From: Malacoraja senta | Taxonomy: Eukaryota | DNA: 64,000 nucleotides | Assembly (NCBI GenBank): GCA_038087875.1 | Contig: CM075994.1 | Coordinates: 9,426,001 to 9,490,000 of the forward strand | Direction of reading: 5' to 3' | Part shown: in pieces, positions 24,410-39,241 of the stretch | Layout of the letters: each line of letters begins with the position of its first letter | Position numbering within the stretch: the first letter of the stretch is position 1 | Notes under the pieces: model-generated | What the model saw: only the letters and a program-made list of their open reading frames with translations | Told to the model about the DNA's origin: nothing | Database searches by the model: none | Made by a program: the position numbers and the translations under genes

Positions 24410-25254
24410 GAGATTAGAGATTAGAGATTCCTTTATTTGTCATTCAGACCTTTCGGTCTGAACGAAATTTCGTTGCCTGCAGTCATACATATAATAATAA
24501 ATAACAAAACACACAATAAACACAAATTAACACCCACCACGGTGAGTTCACCAGGCACCTCCTCACTGTGATGGAGGCAAAAGTCTTAGTCTCTGTCTCT
24601 TCCCACTTTGTTCTTCCTCTGCGCTGAGGCGATCCAGGCTTCTGATGTTGTGACCCCGCCGGGTGATGGTAAGTCAATCCCGCGGCTGAATCCGTGCTCC
24701 GCGACGGGCCGGTTCAAACTCCGCGGCCCGGGGTGGCCGAAGCTGCCGAAGCTGCCGCCCTCCAGTCCAGCAGACGCAGCTGTAGTTGCGGGAGCTCCAG
24801 AAAAACAGGTCACCTACCTGTGACCTGCGAGCTCCCGACGATGTCGTCCACCGGGCCCGCGGCCGAGCCTCCGGATTCAGGTCGCCACCAGTGTCTTCGG
24901 TCGCCACCGCCGGAACGCCACCGCAGCCCCGAAGCCGGCCAGCCCCGCGCTGGTAAGTCCTGGCTCTGCCTCCGGAGCCTCGAGGTCGGTCGGTCGCAGT
25001 TGGAGTTGGAGGCCGGCAGCTCCGCCATTAGGCCTCGGCGCAGACGGAGGCAGAGAAGGGGGATATGACAAGTAAAAGTCGCATTCCCCCGAAGGAAGAG
25101 ACAAAAATCATGTTTCACCCCCCCCCCACCCCACACATACACAACCCAATAAACTAAAATTTAACTAAAACAGGACAATAGAAAACAACAAAAAAATTAA
25201 AAAACAGACGGACTGCAGGCGAGCCACTGCTGTTCGACAGCGCCGTCACTTCCG
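24410..25254 (-). mobile_element. Non-autonomous retroposon with GC-rich body and (CTCTAAT)n tail
   Basis: Minus strand starts CGGAAGTGACGGCGCTG and ends CAACGAAATTTCGTTCAGACC-GAAA-GGTCTGAATGACAAATAAAG plus tail; CAATA on both flanks. Confidence 0.65.
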
Positions 25255-25910
25255 CCAATAACGACCCATGCTATGGCCATGTCATGGTAATTTTCGGTCC
25301 TTCACAGAAAACATGCTTGCATCAATCTGTAGTGTGCACGGTTAAGCATATATGTTATCATGGTCCAGGATTTATTGACACAGGTTGATCATACACTGAA
25401 TAATCCAACCACATTTTTGTTTGGAAGTGGAAAGAACCAATAGAAATTGCATTAATTGCAATGTGTAAAAAGAGTTGAGATACTGTATTATAATTTTGCT
25501 GCATGTCATTGTGGTATATATCACGTCTTGATTGGTGAATATGTTTAGTTTGTGACTTTATTTGAAGGAGAAATAATATGTGAATGCTTCATTGAGCATA
25601 ATTCCGACTGGTAACTAACTACGCACTTCGTCCGAGCACATTATCGCACGCGTCAAGCAAACCATCTTAAATGACCACCTAAACTGTCAATTGGCAACCT
25701 AAAAAGCTGTCTAGGTTGCCCGGCTGGCAACAGGGAAAAAAAGTTGCGAGAGCCCTGCTTCAGAAGGCATACTGTAGATGTCGTTGAATAATTGTCTGTC
25801 TTGGTTTTTTAAATCGTTGCAACAGTCTTCGGATGGAGGCTTTAAACGTTTGAATCATTCGGTTTACACACTGTATGTTCACGACGTTCTGAAGTTACTA
25901 GGCATTTTAG

Positions 25911-25912
<2 letters not shown>

Positions 25913-26007
<95 letters not shown>

Positions 26008-26020
26008 CGCGCGTGCGCGC

Positions 26021-26051
<31 letters not shown>

Positions 26052-26067
26052 TGTGTGCGTGTGTGTG
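25913..26067. repeat. (GT)n/(GCGT)n microsatellite
   Basis: Directly visible. Confidence 0.97.
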
Positions 26068-26711
26068 GTTTTTTTGTTTTTGTTGAAAAAGTATTGGCTG
26101 TATAGTGTTTGCCAAATTGTCTTGGCTTTTAAAAAGTTTTAAGACAATGGTTTGGTTGTAAAGTATTTACCAAATTACCTTGGCTTTTAAAACCTTTTCA
26201 GAAAATGGATTGGTTGTAAAGTGTTTGCCAAATTGTCTTGGGTTTTAAAAAGTTTTCAGAAAATGGATTGGTTGTAAATTGTTTGCCAAATTGTCTGTCT
26301 TGGTTTTTTAAATCATTGCAACAGTTTTCAGATGGATAAAGCGTGAATAAACATTTTATTACATCAGGACTGTGTTTAATTGCAAAATTGGCGTTCATTC
26401 CGTGACTTCCGCTTAATGGCAAGATGGCGCCGATGACGTCATTTCCAGTTAGCGGCAAGCTGGCGCTGAGCGTCATTTCCGGTTCGTGGCAGGATGGCGC
26501 TGACTGCAGAAAGCATAGTGAAGACGTCGTTGAATAATTCAAGAGAGCTTACTGCTCTGTCTATGGTGAGTGTGTTTGTTGGACATTATTTAAAGCACGT
26601 TTTTGCTTCAGCAGCAGCAACCTCTACAGGAGTCTTTAAACGTTTGAATCATTCGGTTTACACACTGTATGTTTACCACGTTCTGAAGTTACTAGGCATT
26701 TTAGTATTGGT

Positions 26712-26935
26712 TGTGAGTGTGTGTGAGTGAGTGAGTGAATGTGTATGTGTGTGAGTCTCTGTGTATGTGTGTGTGTGTGTGTGTGTGTGAGTGTCTGTGT
26801 GTGAGTGTCTGTGTGTGTGTGAGTGTGTGTCTGTGTGTATGTGTGAGTCTGTGTGTGTGTGAGTCTGTGTGTGTGAGTGTGTGTGTGTGTGTGTGTGTCT
26901 CTTTGTGTGTGTATATGAGTCTGCGTGTGTGCGAG
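26712..26935. repeat. Degenerate (GT)n microsatellite
   Basis: Directly visible. Confidence 0.93.
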
Positions 26936-27354
26936 AGACATCTATCCTACTTCAGATTTCCAAAAGTGAAGAGAAATTAAAGTAAAGAGAAGCGAGCGCT
27001 GAAGGGACAAAAACAGCTAAAGTGTTTGGCGAACATTGGCCGTGCAGTTATCGAGATTGAAAATATTGGGAATTATCGCCTTTGCTCACTGCATTTCATC
27101 AACAATAATGCATTATTTGTGTTTTCTCTTGATTCCTTTGGTATCTGAAAAGTTTCAGAAGTGATAAATCTGGCTGTAAAATTTTAAAATCGCCCATGGT
27201 TCTGAAGTGGGTTTTACATGCAAAAAGAAAACACTTCTGACGCTAAATTTATCTTCCCCTCCGCCCTCTGGGCGTACGTGACCAGGAGCTATGTGTCGAA
27301 ACATGGCGTAATTTAATTGCGCAACTATAGAAACTTGCAAGGCTTACCTTTGGC

Positions 27355-28508
<1,154 letters not shown>

Positions 28509-29186
28509 TCCGATAGACCACGAGAGGCAATATCAGGAGACAGGACATGGAACTGATACGAGAATAGAGAAGTGACGCAAGAACAGAGATGTACAGAATA
28601 TAGATAGGTTCACATATGGCCATGTTGGGATATCAGCTGCCAATCAACAGTGTTCCATCCAGTGCAATGAGAGATCTTACATTGTTGTGAGGAGAGGGAG
28701 TGAATGGGGAAGGGAGCGAGTGGGGGAGGGGAGAGTGAAGAGGGAGGGAGAAGAGGGAGGGTGAAGAGGAGTGAGAGGGAGAGTTGGGGGATGAGGGGAA
28801 ATGAGCCGCGCCTGCGCAGTTGGGGGCTATGGGTGAGTGGTGGAATATTGCGTTGGGGGAACGGGTTACGTTGGGGGAAACGGGTTACGTTGGGGGAACG
28901 GGTTACGTTGGGGAAAACAGGTTACGTTGGGGGAACAGGTTCTTCATATTGAGTCCACACACATGATTAGAAGCTGTTCAGCCAGAGCTGAACACATTTC
29001 TCGGCATCTGCATACAAGGTTCTGCATACAAGGTGTCTGTCTTGTCGTCTCTTGTGCGCGGTGGTGGAAAGATTTGGTGGAAACAGGGCCGCGATGTGAA
29101 CGTTCTTTCCTTGACCCCGGGGGAACGGGTGAGTGGTGGATTTTTGCATTGGGGGAACGAGACCCAACGGGTCCCACTTGGTCCAG

Positions 29187-32100
29187 TACATTACTAAAAC
29201 TCATCTTGTTTGTTTGCCCAGATTGTACCTATATTTGCGCAAAAATGGTACACACTAGCAGTACAATTTTTGCACCACCTTACTCACCATTGTCCTGTGA
29301 TGTGAAAAAAAAGACTTTTGTTCAGATTGATGCCATCTTTTACAAGTTATTCGCGTTTAAATCTTAAAAAAAAACACTTAAAACCACCTGTCTGCCCCAC
29401 AGCAGTGATGCTCCCCACAATGACATCACAATGGGATCTCATTTACATATTGTCTGCTCCTCAGCAGTGATCCACCCACAATTGGGGAGGGACTCAAATA
29501 GAGAAAGCTATTAGACAGTGTGAGGCAGGAGGCAGAGAAGGAAAGCACTCAGACCCAACATGTAGGGGGGAAAGAAGAAAACAATAATAAACAGAGAATA
29601 AGAGGTGGTAGGGTTCTTAAATGGGTGAGCAGAGAAACAGAGGGGTGTAAAATGGGGGCGGAAGCAATAGGTAGCAAGATGAAAAGTAAAAGTGGCAGGC
29701 AGACAAATCGAGGGCAAAAATCAAAAAGGGCCACTTTTCAACATAATTATAAAAGGGGTAAGAGCGTTGTAAAAAGAAGCCTGAAGGCTTTGTGTCTCAA
29801 TGCAAGGAGCATTCGTAATAAGGTGGATGAGTTGAACGTGCAGATAGCAATTAATGATTATGATATAGTTGGGATCACGGAGACATGGCTCCAGGGTGAC
29901 CAAGGCTGGGAGCTGAACATCCAGGGATATTCAATATTCAGGAGGGATAGAGAGAAAGGAAAAGGAGGTGGGGAAGCGTTGTTGGTTAGAGAGGAGATTA
30001 ACGCAGTGGAAAGGAAGGACATTAGCTTGGAGGATGTGGAATCGGTATGGGTAGAGCTGTGAAAAACTAAGAGGCAGAAAACGCTGGTGGGTGTTGTGTA
30101 CAGGCCACCGAACAGTAGTAGTTGGGGATGGCATCAAACAGGAAATTAGAAATGCGTGCAACAAAGGTAAAACAGTTATAATGGGCGACTTCAATGTACA
30201 TATAGATTGGGTGAATCAAATTGGCTGGGGTGCTGAGGAAGAGGATTTCTTGGAATGTATGCGGGATAGTTATCTAAACCAACATGTAGAGGAACCAACG
30301 AGAGAGCAGGCTATTCTAGACTGGGTATTGAGTAATGAGGTAGGGTTAGTTAGCAGTCTTGTTGTGCGTGCCCCCTTGGGCAAGAGTGACCATAATATGG
30401 TTGAGTTCTTCATTAGGATGGAGAGTGACATAGTTAATTCAGAAACAATGGTTCTGAACTTAAAGAAAGGTAATTTGAGGGTATGAGACGTGAATTGGCC
30501 AAGATTGACTGGCAATTAGTTCTAAAAGTGTTGACGGTGGATATGCAATGGAAGGCATTTAAAGACTGCATGGATGAACTACAAAAATTGTTCATCCCAG
30601 TTTGGCAAAAGAATAAATCAGGGAAGGTAGTGCATCCGTGGATAACAAGGGAAATCAGGGATAGTATCAAAGCAAAAGATGATGCGTCCAAATTAGCCAC
30701 AAAAAGCAGCATACCAGAGGACTGGCAGAAATTCAGAGACCAGCAGAGGAGGACAAAGGGCTTAATTAGGAAAGGGAAAATAGATTATGAAAGAAAACTG
30801 GCAGGGAACATAAAAACTGACTGCAAAAGTTTTTATAGATATGTGAAGAGAAAGAGATTAGTTAACACAAATGTAGGTCCCTTGCAGTTAGAAACAGGTG
30901 AATTGATCATGGGGAACAAGGATATGGCGGACCAATTGAATAACAACTTTGGTTCCGTCTTCACTGAGGAAGACATAAATAATCTGCCGGAAATAGCAGG
31001 GGACCGCGGGTCAAAGGAGATGGAGGAACTGAGTGAAATCCAGGTTAGTCAGGAAGTGGTGTTGGGTAAATTGCATGGATTAAAGGCCGATAAATCACCT
31101 GGGCCAGATAGGCTGCAACCCAGAGTACTTAAGGAAGTAGCTCCAGAAATAGTGGATGCATTAGTGATTATTTTTGTCAAAATTCTTTCGGTTCTGGAGT
31201 AGTTCCTGAGGATTGGAGGGTAGCAAACGTAACCCCACTTTTTAAGAAGAGAGGGAGAGAGAAAACGGGGAATTACAGACCAGTTAGTCTAACATCGGTA
31301 GTGGGGAAACTGCTAGTCAGTTATTAAAGATGGGATAGCAGCACATTTGGAAAGTGGTGAAATCATTGGACAAAGTCAGCATGGATTTACGAAAGGTAAA
31401 TCATGTCTGACGAATCTTATAGAATTTTTCGAGGATGTAACTAGTAGAGTGGATAGGGGAGAACCAGTGGATGTGTTGTATCTGGACTTTCAGGAGGCTT
31501 TCGACAAGGTCCCACATAAGAGATTAGTATACAAACTTAAAGCACACGGTATAGGTGGTTCGGTATTGATGTGGATAGAGAACTGGCTGGCAAACAGAAA
31601 GCAAAGAGTAGGAGTAAACGGGTCCTTTTCACAATGGCAGGCAGTGACTAGTGGGGTACCGCAAGACTCAGTGCTGGGACTCCAGCTATTTACAATTTAT
31701 ATTAATGATCTGATTGAGGGAATTGAAGGCAACATCTCCAAGTTTGCGGATGACACTAAGCTGGGGGGCAGTGTTAGCTGTGAGGAGGATGCTAGGAGAC
31801 TGCAAGGTGACTTGGATAGGCTGGGTGAGTGGGCAAATGTTTGGCAGATGCAGTATAATGTGGATAAATGTGAGGTTATCCACTTTGGAGGCAAAAACAG
31901 GAAAGCAGACTATTATCTAAATGGTGGCCGATTAGGAAAACAGGAGATGCAGCGAGACCTGGGTGTCATGGTACACCAGTCATTGAAAGTAGGCATGCAG
32001 GTGCAGCAGGCAGTGAAGAAAGCAAATGGTATGTTAGCTTTCATAGCAAAAGGATTTGAGTATGGGAGCAGGGAGGTTCTACTGCAGTTGTAGAGGGTGT

Positions 32101-32940
32101 TGGTAAGACCACACCTGGAGTATTGCGTACAGGTTTGGTCTCCAAATCTGAGGAAGGACATTATTGCCATAGAGGAAGTGCAGAGAAGGTTCACCAGACT
32201 GATTCCTGGGATGTCAGGACTTTCATATGAAGAAAGACTGGATAGACTCGGCTTATACTCGCTAGAATTTAGGAGATTGAGAGGGGATCTTATAGAAACT
32301 TACAAAATTCTTATGGGGTTGGTCAGGCTAGATGCAGGAAGATTGTTCCCGATGTTGGGGAAGTCCAGGATAAGGGGTCACAGCTTAAGGATAAGGGGGA
32401 AATCTTTTAAGACCGAGATGAGAAAAACAATTTTCACACAGAGAGTGGTGAATCTCTGGAACCCTCTGCCACAGAGGGTAGTTGAGGCCAGTTCATTGGC
32501 TATATTTAAGAGGGAGTTAGATGTGGCCCTTGTGGCTAAAGGGATCAGGGGGTATGGAGAGAAGGCAGGTACGGGATACTGAGTTGGATGATCAGCCATG
32601 ATCATATTGAATGGCGGTGCAGGCTCGAAGGGCCGAATGGCCTACTCCTGCACCTATTTTCTATGTATCTATGTATCTAATTACATCAAAGTGGGTTCTC
32701 ATTTACATAAAATAAAAAAACACAGTAGCTTCCATCTCGCAATGACATCAAGGGCGATAGGGAGAGGAAAGGGATTATGGAGGGAGGGAGGGAGTTACTG
32801 AGGGTAGGGGAAAGGAGAGGGTGGGAGAGGTTAGGGAGGGAATAGGGAGGGGAGAAGGAGAGGGGAAAAAGGCTGTTAGGGGCTATCGGTGAGTGGTGGA
32901 ATATTGCGTTGGGGGAACGGGCCCGACGGGTCCCACCTGT
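29187..32940 (+). mobile_element. Non-autonomous Helitron, family A, unit 5 (contains a CR1)
   Basis: Starts TACATTACTAAAACTCATCTTG with family A body; ends GGAATATTGCGTTGGGGGAACGGGCCCGACGGGTCCCAC; terminal CTAG not preserved. Confidence 0.65.
29483..32678 (+). mobile_element. CR1 LINE with near-complete degenerate ORF2 (APE endonuclease + RT), 5'-truncated
   Basis: [38 protein letters not shown]; (CTATGTAT)n tail; AATT on both flanks. Confidence 0.95.
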
Positions 32941-33364
32941 TTGTTCTATATCTACATCTATTTTTCTCATTTTCCTTTCACCTGACTCTCAGTCTGAAGA
33001 AGGGTCTCGACCCGAAACGTCACCTATTCCTTCTCTCCAGAGATGCTGCCCATCCCGCTGAGTAAATAGACGGGACTGAACCTTGGAGAGGAGGGAGAGG
33101 GAGTTGGGGAGGGAGCGGATGAGGGAAAGGGAGAGATGGGTGTAGTGGGAATGGGGAAAAGGGAAGGGGTGAGGTGGAGGAGAGAGGGGGAGGGGAGAGA
33201 GGGAGGGGAGAGGGGAGGGAGAACAAATACTCATTGATATTTTATTTAATGGTACAACAAACTGAACAAATGAATTCAAACTTGTATACGATAAAATCTT
33301 AACTGAACACATAACTTCATAATTTGCATTCATATTTCTACAAATATGATATTTGTATTATATT

Positions 33365-33705
33365 AAAAGGACAAAGGACAAGGACAAAGGACAAAGGACA
33401 TTTATTGTCACATACACCAAATGGTGTAGTGAAATTTGTCTTGCCATGCAGCACAAATTAGATACATTAAAGAAATTTAACATAAAACATAAAAACATTC
33501 CCCCACAATGGTTCCCACTGTGGGGAAGGCACACATTCCAGTCCCCCATCCCATGCCCACCGATAGTCGGGCCTATTGAGGCCTCCACAGTCGCCTTCAC
33601 GGAGGCCCGATGTTCCAGGCCGTTCTCGCCGGGTGATGGTGCTCCGGTGTCGGGAGAAACCCTCTCAGCGGCTTGGGACACCTGGAACGGCCGCCTCCTT
33701 ACTCG
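33365..33705 (-). mobile_element. Non-autonomous retroposon 3' part with (CCTTTGT)n tail
   Basis: Same tail architecture as 24410 and 39010 (hairpin + TGACAATAAA + microsatellite). Confidence 0.55.
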
Positions 33706-33940
33706 AAACATGGCAACATGGCAATACAGCATAAAAGAATGCACTATACAAGATTTCTGCGCACACGAACTACTAAAAATTAGAGGATAATGGTTTTGAC
33801 CTGAAACGCACCATTCCTTCTATCTGGGACATATAACAATAAAACACTCTTGCCTTGACAAAAGCTAACTTCATATTCAGTAACAAACTCTCTACGTGTG
33901 AACGAACACACAGCTTAATGTTTAACCAATAATTCCAATC

Positions 33941-36900
33941 ATAGAATCATAGAATCATAGAATCATAGAAAGTAGGTGCGAGAGCAGACCACCAGGTCCA
34001 TCGAGCCCGCACCGCCATTCGCTCATGGCTGAACACCAAACAAACAAACACCCCCACCCACAAACAGTAGACACAAGACACAGAACACAAGACACTACCC
34101 TCCCCTTTATAGCGCTATCACCCCTCTCCACCCCAAGAACCGAGTGATCTCCTGGGGGAGGCAAAAAACCGGATAAAAACCCAGGTCCAATTCGGGAAAA
34201 AAATCCGGGAAATTCCTCTCCGACCCCAATCCAGGCGATCGACACTTGTCCCAGGAGATCACTCAGGTCTTACTATACTAACCCTACCTAGGTCCATATC
34301 CCTGCCCTCTCCCCGTAGCCCCTTATCCCCTTGGCAGCTAAAAAACCATCTATTTTAGACTTAAATATATTTAATGTTTCTGCTTCCACTGCTCCCTGGG
34401 GCAGTGAATTCCATAAATTAACCACCCTCTGGGTGAAGAAGTTCTTCCTCATCTCAGTTTTAAAAGAGCCCCCCCTTATTCTACAACTATGTCCCCTAGT
34501 TCTAGTTTCCCCGATCATTGGGAACATCCTCGGTGCATCCACCCGATCAATGCCCCTCACGATCTTATATGTTTCAATGAGATCGCCTCTCATTCTTCTA
34601 AACTCCAAAGAGTAGAGTTCCAGCCTACTTAACCTTTCCTCATATGTCAATCCCCTCATTGCAGGAATTAATCTTGTAAACCTTCGCTGCACTGCCTCCA
34701 GGCCAGTACATCATTTCTTAAGTATGGGACCCCAGAACTGTACACAGTATTCCAAATGTGGTCTCACTAATACTGTGTACAGCTGCAGCAAGACCTCCGT
34801 GTTTTTATACTCAATCCCCCTAGCAATAAAGGCCAAAACTCCATTGGCCTTCCTGATAGCTTGCTGCACCTGCATACTAACTTTTAGTGATTCATGTACT
34901 ACTACCCCTAGATCCCTTTGCGTGCATTACAGCGCAGCTCCTCCTCATTTAGAAAATAACTCGCCCTATCATTTTTTTTCCCAAAGTGTATGACTTCACA
35001 TTTATTAGTATTAAATTTCATCTGCCAAGTTGTTGCCCACTCACCTAGCTTATCTATATCCTTTGCAGACTCTTCCTATCCTCATCCCCTACTTTCTTCC
35101 CATTTTTGTATCGTCCGCAAATTTTGATATATTACACTTGGTTCCCTCCTCCAAATCATTTATATAAATTGTGAACAACTGGGGTCCCAGCACCGCCTTG
35201 CGGAACCCCGCTAGTTACCGGTTGCCATCCCGAATATGAACCATTTATCCCCACTCTCTGCTTCCTATTTGTTAGCCAATCCTCTACCCATGCTATATAT
35301 TACCCCCAATCCCATAATTTTTTATTTTTAGCAATAGTCTCTTATGTGGCACCTTGTCAAAAGCCTTTTGGAAGTCCAAGTATACCACATCCACCGGTTC
35401 CCCTTTATTCACCCGGGTTGTTACTTCCTCAAAGAATTCGAGCAGATTTGTTAAACAGGACTTCCCCTTCACAAAACCATGCTGGTTCTGTCCGATGAAG
35501 TCATGTCTATCCAAGTGCCCCGTTAGTGTTTCTTTAATAATTGTCTCTAACATTTTACCCACCACCGATGTTAGACTAACCGGTCTATAGTTACCCGCCT
35601 TCTGTTTACTTCCTTTTTTAAATATAGGTGTTACATTGGCCAATTTCCAATCCACTGGGACCGTTCCTGCCTCCAGGGAGTTTTGGAAAATTATCACCAA
35701 TGCATCCACAATCCCCACCGCTATCTCCTCAAAACCCTTGGATGTAATCCATCAGGCCCAGAGGATTTATCCTCCTTCAGTCTCATTAATTTCCCTAATA
35801 CCACCTCCTTGGTGATCTTAATAGTATTTAGCTCCTCATTCCTACCTCCCCTGTTTATCCAGCGTTGGAATATTTTTTGTGTCTTCTATGGTGAAGACTG
35901 ATACAAAATACTCGTTTAATGCCTTTGCCATTTCCATGTTCCCCACCAACAACTCTCCAGTCTCACCCTCCAATGGACCAACGTTCACCTTAGCCACCCT
36001 TTTTCTTTTTATATAGCTATAAAAACTCTTACTATTAGTTTTTATGTTGTTCGCTAAATTCCTTTCATAGTCTATTTCCCCCGTCTTAATTAATCTCTTA
36101 GTTATTTTTTGCTGACCTTTAAATGCTTCCCAATCCTCTACCCTCCCACTATCTCTGGCTACCTTATATGCCCTTGCCTTCAGCCGAATACTATCCTTTA
36201 TGTTTTACTGAGCCATGGCTGACTGTTCTTACCCTTACCCCTTTTTTTCTTCATAGGAATAAATTTTTCTTGAAGGTTATACAGTAGATCCTTAAACGTA
36301 CACCACTGCTCATGTACCGTCTTATTCTTGAGTCTGCTATCCCAGTCAACTTTGATCAGCTCAGTCCTCATACCTTCATAATCCCCCTTATTTAGACTAA
36401 GTACCCTAGCCTGAGTTTCAACCTGCTCCCCTTCTATTTGAATATGGAATTCGACCATATTGTGGTCACTTGTTCCCAACGAGTCCCTAACTATGACATT
36501 TTTAATTAATCCTGCTTCATTACACAGGACCAGATCCAAGATTGCCTCCCCCCTTGTCGGTTCTGTGACATACTGTTCTAAGAACCCGTCTCTAATACAT
36601 TCTATAAACTCTTCTTCTAGTTACCCTGCCCAGTTTGGTTTGCCCAATTAATATGAAAATTGAAGTCCCCCATGATTACAGCAGTTCCCATTTTACATGC
36701 GTCAACTATTTTGCAGATTTATGTTCTGACTAACAGCGTCACAGCTATTTGGAGGTCTATAAATTACACCCACTAGTGTTTTTTCCCCTTGTTATTCTTT
36801 ATCTGTACCCAAGCTGTTTCACTATCCTGATCCTTCAATGCAATATCCTTCCCTCTCTATTGCCGTTATTCCCTCCCTTATTAAAAGGGCCACCCCTCCT

Positions 36901-38437
36901 CCCTTTCTTTCCTGTCTATTTTTTCTAATTGTCGAGTACCCCTCTATATTTAACTCCCAGTCCTGATCCCCTGCAGCCATGTCTCCGTAATGGCCACGAT
37001 ATCATAACTATATATACTTAATTGCACCGTTAATTCATTTATCTTATTTCGAATACTCCCGTGCATTTAGATACAGCACTTTCAGATGATTTTTACTACC
37101 CTTCCTTTCTGTTTTTGCCTCTTTTACATCTAGAGCTTTATCTTCACACATTCTGAATCCTCCTGTCACATTTTGATTTTCCGTTTCCCCACTGATACCC
37201 TGCTCTATTTCCTCTACCCCTGCCGTTATTACCACCCTTGATACCTCCCCCCCGCTACTTAGTTTAAAGACCTCTCTACTGCCCTAGTTATATGATTTGC
37301 CAGGACCCCAGTCCCAGCACCGTTCAGGTGAAGTCCGTCCTTACAGAACAGATCCCCCCTGTCCCAGTACTGGTGCCAGTGGCCCAAGAAAACCAAACCC
37401 ATTATTCCCACACCAGTCTTTTAGCCACGCATTCAGCTTTTTAATTTTACGTACTCTCGCCGATTTGGCCCGTGGCTCAGGTAGCAATCCGGAGATCAGT
37501 ACCTCGAGGTCTGCTTTTTAATTTATTCCCTAACTGCTCAAACTCCTTCAGCAGATCCTCCTTCCTCGTCCTTCCTATGTCATTGGTCCCCACATGGACC
37601 ACGACCACTGGATCCTCCCCCTCCCTCTGCAAATTTCTCTCCAGCATCGCAGAGATATCCTTAACCCTAGCACCGGGTAGGCAACACAGCCTTCGGGACA
37701 TGTTCTGCTGGCCACAGAGAACCTTATCTACCCCCCGAATAATACTATCCCCTATCACAACGGCATTTCTTCTAACTCCCCCCTCTTGAATGTCCCCCTG
37801 ATCCACGGTGCTGCAGCCAGGTTGCTCATCCCTCCCACAGCCCCTGTTCCCGTCCTCACATTGAGTAAGAGCCTCGGTCATGCTCGTCAGGAACAAGGGC
37901 TGTGGCTCCTGCCGCATCTCCTCCTGGTTCCCCCTACCTGCCTCGCTTATGGCCACACCTTCCTTTCCTTGCTCACTCACTACTGAATTAGTTAAACTGG
38001 TCGGTGTGACCATCCCCTGGTACAAAACATCCAGGTAATACTCCCCCTCCCTGATGTACCGCAGCGTATGAAGTTGGATCTCCAGCTCCTCAATGCGGAG
38101 CTCGAGTTCCGCTAGCCTCAAACACTTACTGCAGCTGTAGGGATCATCCACACCATCTACATCAATGGTGTCGACAAATTCCCACATCTCACAGTATTGG
38201 CACATCTCCTGGCCGCCCATCTTATATAAGTAAATAACTGGTCCTATTTAAGAATCCCCTACCCGGATTACTATATTAATACACCCCTTATTTATATAAT
38301 CCTACCTCCTATTGATACACCCCTTATTTATATAATCCTACCTCCTATAAATGGGAAAGTACTCACCCCAGCCGTAAATTACCTACTGGTTTGGCTGTCT
38401 AATAGTAATCCGTCCGCTCTTCCTGTCTGGTCCACTG
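33941..38437 (-). mobile_element. Full-length CR1 LINE (ORF1 with Zn-finger, coiled coil and SGNH esterase; ORF2 APE + RT, frameshifted)
   Basis: ORF 37477-38220 has CxxC...CxxC, IGDSIIR, CLPGA, VHVGTND; ORF2 fragments; (TTCTATGA)n tail; boundaries set by the empty site at ~61475. Confidence 0.95.
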
Positions 38438-38507
38438 CCCACTTGAGAATCTAAAATGCCTTTCCACAGTTAAACTAGAGGACAACAAAATAGTTATATT
38501 TCCTTAC

Positions 38508-38559
38508 CCGGAGAGGCACTGAGAATGACACCAGCTACCAGGACCACAAGGCAATTCAT
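38508..38559 (-). CDS. Ly6/uPAR protein, signal-peptide exon (exon probably 38580-38508 including 5' UTR)
   Basis: aaagATG context; MNCLVVLVAGVILSASP+G, 52 nt, donor G|gtaagg in phase 1 matching the 10857 exon; upstream acceptor ttttctctcttgccctcgaag. Link to the downstream exons is inferred. Confidence 0.78.
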
Positions 38560-38816
38560 CTTTGGATTTGAACAGCTGAGCTTCGAGGGCAAGAGAGAAA
38601 ACATGAAAATTTTGAACTGAAGTCTTCAAATTTCCTGAAATCTGAAGAAGGATCCCAACAGGAAACGTCACCAGTCCGTGTTCTCCAGAGATGCTGCCCG
38701 ACTCGCCGAGTTACGCCAGCACTCTGAGCCTTTATTGAAAACCCCTTGTGATTTTGACTATGGGATGGTCTTACAGAGGTAGGGGGGAGGAGGCAAGGAA
38801 AAGATTGAATTACTGA

Positions 38817-39198
38817 TGACTACATGATAGAGAAATCCTGAATTACTGGAAGAGATGATAATGATGATAATTACTAGAGCCAGGATTTTCCCATAAATGT
38901 TGTTGGTTCATTTCATTTCAAACAAATAAAAACGCAATAAAATAAGTAATCAAGTAGTGAATCTTTATTTCTCCAGGCGGGTGTGGTAGTGAGTCTTACA
39001 CGTTCAAGTTGAAGCTCAAGTTTACATTTATTGTCACATGCACCAAGTGGTACAGTGAAATTTGGGTTACCCATACAGCCATATGAATAGAAAAGAACAC
39101 AACACACGATAGAATTTAACATAAACATCCCCACACAGCGGAATCAACGTTTCCCACTGTGAGGGAAGGCAATAAAGTTCAGTTGGATACAGACTATA
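38817..39198 (+). repeat. ~380-bp direct duplication, copy 1 (copy 2 at ~41166-41547)
   Basis: Colinear match from ATGACTACATGATAGAGAAA to GATACAGACTATAC. Confidence 0.9.
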
Positions 39199-39241
39199 CA
39201 GAACTCTAATCCCCACACAATGGGGTTTGTTTAAGTATATA

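Larger units (their letters stand above)
22251..25757. mobile_element. hAT-like non-autonomous DNA transposon with nested repeats
   Basis: TIRs CAGGGCTC...GAGCCCTG; flanks CTGCAGAAG / CTTCAGAAG; empty site in the duplicated segment at ~26504. Confidence 0.75.
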
